Below, piece after piece: positions 18,688-27,514 of a stretch of 64,000 nt of DNA. How positions within the stretch are numbered: the first letter of the stretch is position 1; the number at the start of each line of letters is the position of its first letter. A program made the translations under genes and the position numbers. The stretch is from positions 50,845 to 114,844 of the forward strand of contig DGQA01000002.1 in NCBI GenBank assembly GCA_002390705.1, read 5' to 3'. The stretch comes from Actinobacteria bacterium UBA4426 (GTDB taxonomy: Bacteria; Actinomycetota; Actinomycetes; S36-B12). The notes beneath the pieces are model-generated. The model was not told the origin of the DNA. It made no database searches and saw only the letters and a list, made by a program, of their open reading frames with translations.

Positions 18688-19719
18688 ATGAAGGGACTTG
18701 TTTACAACGGACCCGGCTCAATTACTTGGACCGATCGGCCCGATCCCAAAATGCAAGCTGACACGGACATAATCATGCGGGTAACCACAACTACTATTTG
18801 TGGTTCCGACACGCACATCATCAAAGGCGGCGTTCCCGATACCCCACATGGCACGATATTGGGACACGAAGGTGTCGGAGTTGTTGAAGAAGTTGGGTCA
18901 GCTGTTAAAAGCGTTAAGCCCGGGGACCGGATTTTGGCGACGTGCGTGACCGCATGCGGATATTGTCGTTTCTGCACTTCGCAGCAATACGGTCAATGCC
19001 TCAACGGTGGCTGGGCACTCGGTCATTTAATAGATGGGGTGCAGGCGGACTTCGCGCGAATTCCATTTGCCCAGAACTCCACCTACAAGATCCCTGACGC
19101 GCTTTCCGACGAACAGGTGGTCTTCCTCACCGATATCTTGGCAACTGGATATGAAGTTGGCGTGTTGATGGGACAAGTGGCACCTGGTGACACCATCGTC
19201 ATAGTTGGAGTTGGTCCCGTTGGGCTTGCAACAGTATTGACTGCGCAGCTGTTCGCACCTACCAATATTGTGGTCGTGGACCTCGTGGAATCGCGACTGC
19301 AGAAGGCCCTTGAACTTGGGGCAACCCACGCGGTCACGCCGGATAAGGCGCACGACATCGTGAATACCCTCACCGATGGGCTGGGCGCTGACGTGACAAT
19401 TGAAGCCGCTGGATTCCCTGCCCCATTCGAATTAGCCGCTGATCTTGTTCGCTCTGGCGGACGTATCGCCAATATCGGTGTTCACGAAGAGCCCGCAACC
19501 TTGCACCTTGAGAAACTGTGGGCTAAGCAAGTGACCATTACGACCGGTATCCCCTCCGCTTTGAGTGTTCCCCAATTAATGAAAGCCATCGAGTCAGGAA
19601 CGCTAGACGGAACCACAATGATCAGTCACCGAATGCCGCTCGCAGAAACGGTAGAGGGGTATGAAGTATTCAAAAACGCGGCGACAACAAACGCACTAAA
19701 GGTGGTGCTGATTGCATGA
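18688..19719 (+). CDS. Zinc-dependent alcohol dehydrogenase (MDR family)
   Basis: TICGSDTH, GHEGVG, CGYCRFC...C structural zinc site, GVGPVG; AGGAGG RBS. Confidence 0.93.
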   Translation: MKGLVYNGPGSITWTDRPDPKMQADTDIIMRVTTTTICGSDTHIIKGGVPDTPHGTILGHEGVGVVEEVGSAVKSVKPGDRILATCVTACGYCRFCTSQQYGQCLNGGWALGHLIDGVQADFARIPFAQNSTYKIPDALSDEQVVFLTDILATGYEVGVLMGQVAPGDTIVIVGVGPVGLATVLTAQLFAPTNIVVVDLVESRLQKALELGATHAVTPDKAHDIVNTLTDGLGADVTIEAAGFPAPFELAADLVRSGGRIANIGVHEEPATLHLEKLWAKQVTITTGIPSALSVPQLMKAIESGTLDGTTMISHRMPLAETVEGYEVFKNAATTNALKVVLIA

Positions 19720-20147
19720 CAGATCATCTCAATAAACTCCCAATTGCTGGCAACCTCGTCGGCGAACACTTCGAGGGCTGGTCCGATGCTGTGAAGAAAG
19801 AGTTTGAAGAACTTGCATTAGACGGCCACGTAGGGTCACAGTTACTCTTTGAAAACCATCGGGTTCGGGTGTGGGAAATTCGGCTTCAACCAGGTCAGCG
19901 TTGGCATGCACACTGCCATTCCCTTGACTATTTTTGGACCGCCATCACACCCGGGCGAAGTCGTCAACGAACATTTGATGGCGCTACTCGCGAGGTATCG
20001 TATGTGCCAGGGGACACCAGATTCTTCACTTTTGGTCCTGGTGAATCGCTACTACACGATTTGGAAAATGTTGGCGACACCGAGCTAGTGTTCAGCACCG
20101 TTGAACTGGTGGAAAGTTCTAATACGCCACTGTCTCTCGGTAGCTAA
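19716..20147 (+). CDS. Cupin-fold protein
   Basis: LLFENHRVRVWEIRLQPG...HCHSLDYFW...HDLENVG metal-binding cupin motifs; ATGA overlap with the ADH gene. Confidence 0.82.
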   Translation: MTDHLNKLPIAGNLVGEHFEGWSDAVKKEFEELALDGHVGSQLLFENHRVRVWEIRLQPGQRWHAHCHSLDYFWTAITPGRSRQRTFDGATREVSYVPGDTRFFTFGPGESLLHDLENVGDTELVFSTVELVESSNTPLSLGS

Positions 20148-20164
20148 ACCGCAAATTTGTGCAG

Positions 20165-20202
20165 GTGGGGGGCTCAATTTTCTTGGGCCTCCCACTTTTT
20201 TT
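20165..20202 (+). terminator. Rho-independent terminator
   Basis: 13-bp stem GTGGGGGGCTCAA/TTGGGCCTCCCAC (two G-U pairs) followed by T7, between convergent genes. Confidence 0.8.
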
Positions 20203-21550
20203 AACCCGCACTCGCTATTTCAGATTCGAGGGTTTGGGTGTGATGACTTCCTTCTTGAAATGACGATAATTTCAAGGCTTTACCTAGAAATGAGAGATTC
20301 GTAGTCACTCCTTGGATGTCTGTTTGCGTCAATGCCATTTTCAGTCTTCGAATCACAGCCTTGCGATCAACATCGTGCGCCAGAATCTTGCACACAAGTG
20401 AGTCGTAAAATGGCTGAACCATGTCGCCGGAACCAAACCCTGAATCAACACGAATCCCAGGCCCCAAGGGCGCTTCAAACACCGTGATCGTACCCGGACT
20501 GCCCATAAAACTCATCTCAGGATCTTCAGCGTTGACTCGAACTTCAATCGCTGCGCCTCGAAGTGCGACATCATTCTGTTGCAGCGACAGTGGCTGGCCG
20601 TGAGCAATCCTGATTTGTTCGCGGACAATGTCCACTCCCGTGACCAATTCGGTCACACCGTGTTCTACTTGAACTCGTGTATTCATTTCAATAAAGTAGA
20701 AGGTTTGATCTTGGGCGACAAGGAACTCAACGGTGCCCACCGAAATGTAATCGACAACTCCCGCTAAGCGAAGAGCGGCTTCAGCCAATTCGGCACGGGT
20801 CACCGCGTTAATAAATGACGATGGGGCTTCCTCTACCACTTTTTGTCGGCGGCGTTGTAAAGAGCAATCACGTTCATAGAGATGAATACTGTTGCCCGAA
20901 CTATCACAAATAATTTGCACTTCGACATGTCGGGCACCTGTCAAGAGTTTTTCCAGATACAGGCTTGCGTCGCCAAATGCTGCTCCCACTTCGGCCCGCG
21001 CCTGATCAAAACTCACCGCCAACGCATCAGGACTCACGATCGGACGAATACCTCTGCCCCCACCACCGGCATTTGCCTTAAGCAGCAAAGGATAACCGAG
21101 CACCTCTGCCTCTATCAGTGCTTCATCAAGTGAGACCAGCACGCCAGATCTGGGTAACGTTGGGACACCGGCTCCGGTAGCCACCCTTAATGCAGAAGAC
21201 TTATCACCCATCAATCCGATGCACTGTGGCGGCGGTCCAATCCAAATCAGCCCCGCATCTAAAACTGCCTGAGCGAATACTTCATTCTCGGCGAGGAATC
21301 CATATCCAGGATGGACCGAAGTCGCACCGCAGTCAAGAGCGGCCTGAACTACAGCCTTGCGATTCAGGTAACTCTTTGCCGCTGGTGGGGGTCCAATACA
21401 CACGGCCAAATCTGCCTCCCGAACCCAACGGGCATTTCGATCCGCTTCGGAAAATGCAGCAACGGTTTCATGGCCAAGTTCTTGACAGGCCCGAATTATC
21501 CGCGAAGCGATTTCACCTCGATTCGCAATAAGCACTCTCGTCAATGTCAT
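20201..21550 (-). CDS. Biotin carboxylase (AccC-like)
   Basis: VLIANRGEIA, HPGYGFLAEN, GGGGRG, ERDCSLQRRRQK, EMNTRVQVEH, GPGIRVDSG. Confidence 0.95.
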   Translation of the reverse strand: MTLTRVLIANRGEIASRIIRACQELGHETVAAFSEADRNARWVREADLAVCIGPPPAAKSYLNRKAVVQAALDCGATSVHPGYGFLAENEVFAQAVLDAGLIWIGPPPQCIGLMGDKSSALRVATGAGVPTLPRSGVLVSLDEALIEAEVLGYPLLLKANAGGGGRGIRPIVSPDALAVSFDQARAEVGAAFGDASLYLEKLLTGARHVEVQIICDSSGNSIHLYERDCSLQRRRQKVVEEAPSSFINAVTRAELAEAALRLAGVVDYISVGTVEFLVAQDQTFYFIEMNTRVQVEHGVTELVTGVDIVREQIRIAHGQPLSLQQNDVALRGAAIEVRVNAEDPEMSFMGSPGTITVFEAPLGPGIRVDSGFGSGDMVQPFYDSLVCKILAHDVDRKAVIRRLKMALTQTDIQGVTTNLSFLGKALKLSSFQEGSHHTQTLESEIASAG

Positions 21551-21798
21551 GATTGGCGCTCTATTTTGGCGATTATCTGCCCCATAGCAACAGCATCGCC
21601 ATCTTCAGCGCAGAATTCTGTAATCTTGCCTGCAACTGCCGATTGGACTTCGTGAAACATCTTCATAACTTCAATAAGTGCGATCACACGACCTACAGCT
21701 ATCACCTGTCCAGGCTCTGCCAAGGGCGCCGAATCTGGGTTTGCACGTCGGTAGAATACCCCAGGAAATGGGGCTGCAATTTCGGAAATTTCAGGCAT
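21547..21798 (-). CDS. Biotin carboxyl carrier protein (short AccB-like)
   Basis: EVMKM biotinylation motif; PFPGVFYR. Confidence 0.92.
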   Translation of the reverse strand: MPEISEIAAPFPGVFYRRANPDSAPLAEPGQVIAVGRVIALIEVMKMFHEVQSAVAGKITEFCAEDGDAVAMGQIIAKIERQS

Positions 21799-21821
21799 AG
21801 TTCCTCCACTTTAGATGGTCG

Positions 21822-22805
21822 TTACGTAACTGCATCAATCAATTCGACGAGGCTTTGAAGGCGCTTTCCTCTCTGCGCACGCAATTGCAGAGCAGCCTCC
21901 ATGCTGATTGCCTCGAACGAAACTGTCTCTGGAAATTTCATCTGGGCGAGAATGTCTAAGTCGACGGAAATCACAGTCGCTAATGTGGCGTAGCCTCCAC
22001 CGGTGACAGCATCACGCATGAGGCAAATGAGTTCGGTACCACTGGGAGCCTGAAGCGAGCCCACTGGGTAGCCGAGATTCACAACGTTGCTGGGATCGGA
22101 TCCCGCTCCAAACGGTTGCTCTCGTTCAATAAAATTCAGTTGGTGTCCGGTAAGACGGTAGCCGGTGCGATTAGCCTCTGTCGAAACCGTGAATGTCTCA
22201 GCTGTAAGCAACTGTTGGGATTTCGAGTCTAATAGGTAGTTGCACAGCCCCGGCACAATGCGAATCACATGATGTTGAAGTGGGGATACTCGTAGGTATT
22301 CCGGAGTTTCAAAACGGTTTCTGTTCGTGTGAGATTCGCTGTCGGCAAGTACTTCCAGACGGTCACCCGGCAGCAGAGCTCTTCCCTCAACACCACCAAG
22401 ATTGGATGCAACGTATGTCGACCTACTTCCCATCACTGGCTGAACACCAATACCGCCCGAGATGGCGAGGTAGTTGCGAACTCCCGCAGAGATTCCACCA
22501 AATGCGAGTACTTGACCTTTCTTAATCTCAATGCTTGTCCACGGCTGAATCGAAACTCCGTCAATCGTGATATCTGCTGTCGCACCAGTAACAGCGATGC
22601 GCCCATTGCGTTCGAACTCAAGGGTCGGCCCAACGAATGTTGTCTCCAAGACCGCAGCATGCGCTGGGTTGCCAACTAAAATATTGGCGACAGCGCTGGA
22701 ATACAGATCCATCGATCCAGACGGAGGAAATCCAACGCCATAAAACCCAAACCGCCCTTGATCTTGAACCGTTGTGTATAAGCCAGGTTGAATTACCGTA
22801 ATCAT
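21822..22805 (-). CDS. PxpC/KipA-like (allophanate hydrolase subunit 2) carboxyltransferase-domain protein
   Basis: PGLYTTVQDQGRFG, ANILVGN, GSRST, NRTGYRL, TGGGYA. Confidence 0.9.
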   Translation of the reverse strand: MITVIQPGLYTTVQDQGRFGFYGVGFPPSGSMDLYSSAVANILVGNPAHAAVLETTFVGPTLEFERNGRIAVTGATADITIDGVSIQPWTSIEIKKGQVLAFGGISAGVRNYLAISGGIGVQPVMGSRSTYVASNLGGVEGRALLPGDRLEVLADSESHTNRNRFETPEYLRVSPLQHHVIRIVPGLCNYLLDSKSQQLLTAETFTVSTEANRTGYRLTGHQLNFIEREQPFGAGSDPSNVVNLGYPVGSLQAPSGTELICLMRDAVTGGGYATLATVISVDLDILAQMKFPETVSFEAISMEAALQLRAQRGKRLQSLVELIDAVT

Positions 22806-23698
22806 GGTAGCGCCTCAGCTAGCGTGAGCGGGTACCCAGTTGGATCTTCGCGGAACTGTGATAAGTCAAATTCGAGTGTGCCGATTCGATATTGGTACGT
22901 TCCCGCTTTCACTCGGCTTCGAATATCTTCATATTCCGCCATCTCAATTGACCGGTATTGAAATATATCTCCACCCTTCGGCAAGACTGTGCTGTGTTCG
23001 AAAGGACCAAATGGTTTTTTTGTTTCATAAACCGGTGCAGCGCAACGTCCGAGAAGCTGAAACCCACCGGCCCCTTGCACTGGGTAAATAGTGCTAAAAG
23101 CTCCCCCGAAACCAAGTGCGCGATCCGGAGTGTCTGTTCTGGGTCGGACATACTTAGGCGCCTGTAGTTGCATTTCCGATGGCACAAGTTGGTAGCATTC
23201 AGCATTGCCAGGCATGAAACCCACGAATGTTGCGATGTGCAGTCGGGATGAATGCGCGTGAATGAATTCCGGTGCGGACGAGAAACCATTTATGCGGGAG
23301 CAATAATCCAGATCAGTCAAAGTTGGATCCTGGTGTCTGTCCCTGAAACGCATGAGAACCTCATGTGACCAAGGGTCCTGGTAGAGAATCGGCATTTCGA
23401 TTATTCGACTTTCAATCTTGAGTTTCGAATCCTTCGCTTTTTGCTTGTGTATTTTTGCAAGAATGGGGAGTAAGTCACGAGGGTCTCTGATACCGGGGTC
23501 AACGCGCAGCATGTAGGAAACATGCGCCGGACAAATATCTGTCACACCGGAAATTTCAGCGGCTGCCACCGAATCGGTAAGAGCAATGACTCGAAGGGTA
23601 GCTTCAAGGTCCATGTCGGTCGCCACCTCAACAAAGATGAATTCGTCCCCTCCAAAACTTGCTTGCGCCCCATCCACAAACTCGGTGTAGGTATCCAT
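22802..23698 (-). CDS. PxpB/KipI-like (allophanate hydrolase subunit 1) protein, long variant
   Basis: FVGFMPG, PKYVRPRTDTP, GGAFSTIYPVQGAGGFQLLGR. Confidence 0.88.
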   Translation of the reverse strand: MDTYTEFVDGAQASFGGDEFIFVEVATDMDLEATLRVIALTDSVAAAEISGVTDICPAHVSYMLRVDPGIRDPRDLLPILAKIHKQKAKDSKLKIESRIIEMPILYQDPWSHEVLMRFRDRHQDPTLTDLDYCSRINGFSSAPEFIHAHSSRLHIATFVGFMPGNAECYQLVPSEMQLQAPKYVRPRTDTPDRALGFGGAFSTIYPVQGAGGFQLLGRCAAPVYETKKPFGPFEHSTVLPKGGDIFQYRSIEMAEYEDIRSRVKAGTYQYRIGTLEFDLSQFREDPTGYPLTLAEALP

Positions 23699-24471
23699 TA
23701 GCTGCCGGCCATCCAGCCGTGGTTTTCCATCGCCCGGATTTCAACACCGGCATTAATCAAATGCAGTCGCACGCCCTTGGCTACCTCTACCGCATTTGGC
23801 CGATCACCGTGAACACAAATAGATTCGGTAGGCATATCAATCGTCTTACCTGAAATGGTCGTCACACTCCCATGCGCGAGTTCAACGGCACGACGGCCCA
23901 CTTCGTCGGGGTCTTTAGCCTGAGGTATTGGCTCAATTCGTTGAGAACCATCGTCGTTGTAGTCCAGATCTGATGGTGCGTCAAAAATTACAGGGAAACC
24001 TTCTTGGCGCAATGTTAGCCCACTCGGTCCAGGGGAAATCAGAAAAGCCAACTGCGGATCCAGGCGCAAGAGCTGTTCCACGAGGCGACAAGCCAACTCT
24101 GGGTTCCGTGCAAGGTATCCATACAGGGCGCCATGTGGCTTCACGTGAGTGAGCCTGACATCTTCGGCCATGGCTATTCCCCAGAGTGCTCCCACCTGGT
24201 AAACGATGTAGTCAATGACATCTTGGTCTGAAAATTGCATCGCCCTTCGACCAAAACCCAAAAGATCGGGGTATCCGGGGTGAGCGCCAGCATTAAGCGA
24301 GTGCCGCTTACACAAGAGCACTGAAGCTCGCATGTTTCCCGGGTCACCTGCGTGGAATCCACATGCGATGTTCACGGTATTTACAAGCGGGAGAAGTTCT
24401 GCGTCATTTCCGAGAATCCATCGTCCGAAACTCTCGCCTGCATCAGCATTAATATCAACAATAGGGTTCAT
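23698..24471 (-). CDS. pxpA: LamB/YcsF (PxpA) family protein
   Basis: DINADAGESFG, NIACGFHAGDP, GAHPGYPDLLGFGRR, HVKPHGALY, SICVHGD. Confidence 0.9.
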   Translation of the reverse strand: MNPIVDINADAGESFGRWILGNDAELLPLVNTVNIACGFHAGDPGNMRASVLLCKRHSLNAGAHPGYPDLLGFGRRAMQFSDQDVIDYIVYQVGALWGIAMAEDVRLTHVKPHGALYGYLARNPELACRLVEQLLRLDPQLAFLISPGPSGLTLRQEGFPVIFDAPSDLDYNDDGSQRIEPIPQAKDPDEVGRRAVELAHGSVTTISGKTIDMPTESICVHGDRPNAVEVAKGVRLHLINAGVEIRAMENHGWMAGS

Positions 24472-24496
24472 GAGATCTCCTGTTCGAGGGTTAGGA

Positions 24497-26404
24497 TTAA
24501 AAAAGTGGTCGGGGCGAAGCGAAAACCTGATCCAATCCTTCGATAAAGAAGTCTGCGTTCGACTTGTCAAACACCATCGGGGGCTTCACTTTTAAGACAT
24601 TGTCATAAACCCCTGTTGGATAGGAAATTACACCGAGCTTGAGCAATTCCTCACTGATCCAGGCGGCCTCTTTTTTCGCTGGTTCTTGATTTTCACGGTC
24701 CCGGACTAATTCGACACCCAAATATAGGCCTTTTCCTCTGACATCGCCGATAAGTTCATGCCTGGCCTTGAGCTCAGTCAATGAGGCCAACAGGTAGGTG
24801 CCAACATTCTTGGCATTATCTTGTAAATTTTCATCGTCAATAATTTGGAGGACCTCCATTCCAATTGCACAGGACACAGGATTCCCCGCAAAAGTATTGA
24901 AGTACTTAACACCGTCGTCGAAAGCCTGGGCAATTTCACGAGTCGTGACCACGGCCGCCATTGGATGCCCGTTGCCTATCGGCTTCCCCATCGTCACAAT
25001 GTCAGGAACCACACCTTGGTCTTCAAATCCCCAACAGTGATTTCCGAACCGGCCCACCCCCACCTGTACTTCGTCAGATACACACAGTGCACCGTGGCTT
25101 CGGGCCGTAGCAAATACCTGTTCAAGATAGCCATCTGGCAATACAACATTGCCCGCAGTCCCCATGAGAGATTCAGCCATGAAAGCCGCCGGTTGGCTGT
25201 TGGTTTGCGAGAGCTCTTCAAATACCAACGATGCATCTGCCGCGTAGTGGGCTCCTGCAGATGTGTCTCCGTAACGATATGAGCCACGATAGAGGTTCGG
25301 GGTTTCAAGTTCGTGCGTTGTCTCGGGCTTGCCTCGCCCCCCCGGACCCTTATAACGATTGGGGCTTATCTCCATCACTGCCGTTGTGTTCCCGTGGTAA
25401 GCACCATCCAAGATCACGACATCGCGACGGCTAGTGAATTGTCTGGATATTCGAAGCGCAAGATCGTTAGCCTCACTCCCCGTACAGACGAAGAAAACAA
25501 CTTCAAGTGGATCTGGGAGCGTTGCAACCAGACGATCCGCATACTGGGCGAGACCCTCGTAGACAAATCGAGAATTTGTATTGAGCTTGGCCAGTTGCCG
25601 ACTGGCAGCCCTTGTTATTCGTGAATTGCTATGACCCACGTGGGTGACATTATTTATTGTGTCAAGGTATGCGCCACCGTTTTCGTCGTACATCCAGACG
25701 CCTTTAGCCCGCACTAGTGCTGGCGGAACGCGATAGTAAGCCCGCTGCGATCGAGCCAATCTCTTGTCCCGCAAAGCAACTATCTCGCTGGAAGATAGTG
25801 GTCCCGAAGTTTTCTTCAGACCAAGTGAGTCGAATCCGCCTTCTATTACAGCTCGTCGAGCTTTAAAAAGTTCCTGCGTCGTCAGGAGTCCAAGTTGTGA
25901 ATCGGAGTTTTTGTGATCGGGCACGAATTGAATAGAAAAATAATCTCCGATAACCGAATCGTGGATTAAAGATGTTGATGCACCTAATGCATCACCCGCA
26001 GAAATCGTTTGACCCATCACCAGGGCCGGTTCGATTCCATTGAACGCATAAGCGAAACCAGAATCTAATTCCTGGACGAGAACTCGATTCGGTTCAACCA
26101 AGTGAACGATGGCCGGCATCCCTGGCCATCTGACCTGAGTCCCTGTTTGAGTAATAACTAACGCATGTTGAGCGGTAGTGGCCAAATCACTGGATCGCTG
26201 CGAGTCATTAGCCCACGCCATGATCACGCTACCCGCTAAAATAATTCCAGCTGTCGTTTTTCTATCGCCTAAGAGGCCGTCAATATAAGCACTTGTGCTT
26301 AATGGGTCGGACCAAAGCGCCTCATCGTAGGCATCACTTCCAGGTGAGAGGTCGATGGACACAATGGTGTACCCCTGAGGTAGGACTTTTGTCCAAAAAG
26401 ACAT
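24497..26404 (-). CDS. Class III PLP enzyme (ETNPPL/PHYKPL phospho-lyase-like) with an N-terminal extension
   Basis: YLDTINNVTHVGH, LNTNSRF, FVCTGSEANDLALR, AYHGNT, DEVQVG, VPDIVTMGKPIGNGHP; GGAGG RBS before ATG 26404. Confidence 0.85.
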   Translation of the reverse strand: MSFWTKVLPQGYTIVSIDLSPGSDAYDEALWSDPLSTSAYIDGLLGDRKTTAGIILAGSVIMAWANDSQRSSDLATTAQHALVITQTGTQVRWPGMPAIVHLVEPNRVLVQELDSGFAYAFNGIEPALVMGQTISAGDALGASTSLIHDSVIGDYFSIQFVPDHKNSDSQLGLLTTQELFKARRAVIEGGFDSLGLKKTSGPLSSSEIVALRDKRLARSQRAYYRVPPALVRAKGVWMYDENGGAYLDTINNVTHVGHSNSRITRAASRQLAKLNTNSRFVYEGLAQYADRLVATLPDPLEVVFFVCTGSEANDLALRISRQFTSRRDVVILDGAYHGNTTAVMEISPNRYKGPGGRGKPETTHELETPNLYRGSYRYGDTSAGAHYAADASLVFEELSQTNSQPAAFMAESLMGTAGNVVLPDGYLEQVFATARSHGALCVSDEVQVGVGRFGNHCWGFEDQGVVPDIVTMGKPIGNGHPMAAVVTTREIAQAFDDGVKYFNTFAGNPVSCAIGMEVLQIIDDENLQDNAKNVGTYLLASLTELKARHELIGDVRGKGLYLGVELVRDRENQEPAKKEAAWISEELLKLGVISYPTGVYDNVLKVKPPMVFDKSNADFFIEGLDQVFASPRPLF

Positions 26405-26475
26405 ATCCACTTCACCTCCTAGGTATGGCTTGAGTTTACGCATTTGGCAGCGAAACGTCTTTAACAATCAATAAT

Positions 26476-27477
26476 CTAACCAATTGCTTTTGCGAGCGCG
26501 CGTATTGTTGGCCACGTTTCGGCCATTCTTCTTTGTCCGTACATTGTTCCTTCCAGCGATGCTCGCTTTGTCCATGTCGTCGCATTGACACACAGGCGCA
26601 GCCCTGACAACTGTCTCACGATGTCATATTCAGCATCGGGCAGCGGCAATATTTCTGCGTATCCGTCAATCACTCGATCGACGGCTGACAATGGCTGTGG
26701 TTGGCGCAGCATGGCGTACGCGGATGCGACAATGAGTTCTGAAAGTCGCGGAGCGAAGAGTGTGTCACCGACATCCAGAAGGCCAGTAACTCGCGCTTCT
26801 GTCGATACTTCGCTGATCAGGACGTTAAAATCATTTAGATCTTGGTGGATAACCTGTTGTGGAAGTTGTTCAAATTTTTCGATAACCGCGTCGCTACCTT
26901 CCATCAACCGCTCAACGGCCAGACGATTTTCTCGGTCCTCAACAAACTCTAGACAGGATTCGACGGCCACTAGGGAATCTCGCAGATCCCAATAATGAGT
27001 GGAAGGGACAGAGCCAGGATCAAAATCTGACAGCGCAAGAACTGTGTTCGCCGCTAAAAGCCCCCATTCTCTGAGCAATCTGGGGGGCGGCTGGTGGTGG
27101 CTTGCGACCACCCGACCAGGGACCCAATTGGCGAGTCGGACCACGACCCAGGTTGAACCGTGCCCGCAAACAACGTCCCAATCGCCTTCAAGGGTAGGGA
27201 CGAGAGTGGGAACCTGGATCCCAGCGAGCCTTTTATTGAGATGCTCAAGCACCAAGTACTGCCATCGGATCTCTTGGGGGTCACCGCATGTGGATCTCTT
27301 GATTGTGTATTCACGATCCTGGGAATCGCGAATCCAAACATTTGTATCGAGTTCCCCTCCCAGTGAGCGCGCTGCGACAACGGTAATTCCGTGGGTGCGT
27401 TCTACAAGTTGACAGAGATCGCCAGAGTCGGTCCCGCCTTCACGGCCGGCATCGTCTGACTTACTTTCGCTTGTCAC
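26476..27477 (-). CDS. APH-family phosphotransferase (hydroxylysine kinase / homoserine kinase II-like)
   Basis: LGGELDTN, HYWDL, IHQDLNDFNVL (Brenner motif), GLLDVGD; GTG start with GGAG RBS. Confidence 0.85.
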   Translation of the reverse strand: MTSESKSDDAGREGGTDSGDLCQLVERTHGITVVAARSLGGELDTNVWIRDSQDREYTIKRSTCGDPQEIRWQYLVLEHLNKRLAGIQVPTLVPTLEGDWDVVCGHGSTWVVVRLANWVPGRVVASHHQPPPRLLREWGLLAANTVLALSDFDPGSVPSTHYWDLRDSLVAVESCLEFVEDRENRLAVERLMEGSDAVIEKFEQLPQQVIHQDLNDFNVLISEVSTEARVTGLLDVGDTLFAPRLSELIVASAYAMLRQPQPLSAVDRVIDGYAEILPLPDAEYDIVRQLSGLRLCVNATTWTKRASLEGTMYGQRRMAETWPTIRALAKAIG

Positions 27478-27514
27478 CAGCTCTCCGATGCGCTTTTGCG
27501 GAAGAATATGCTCA

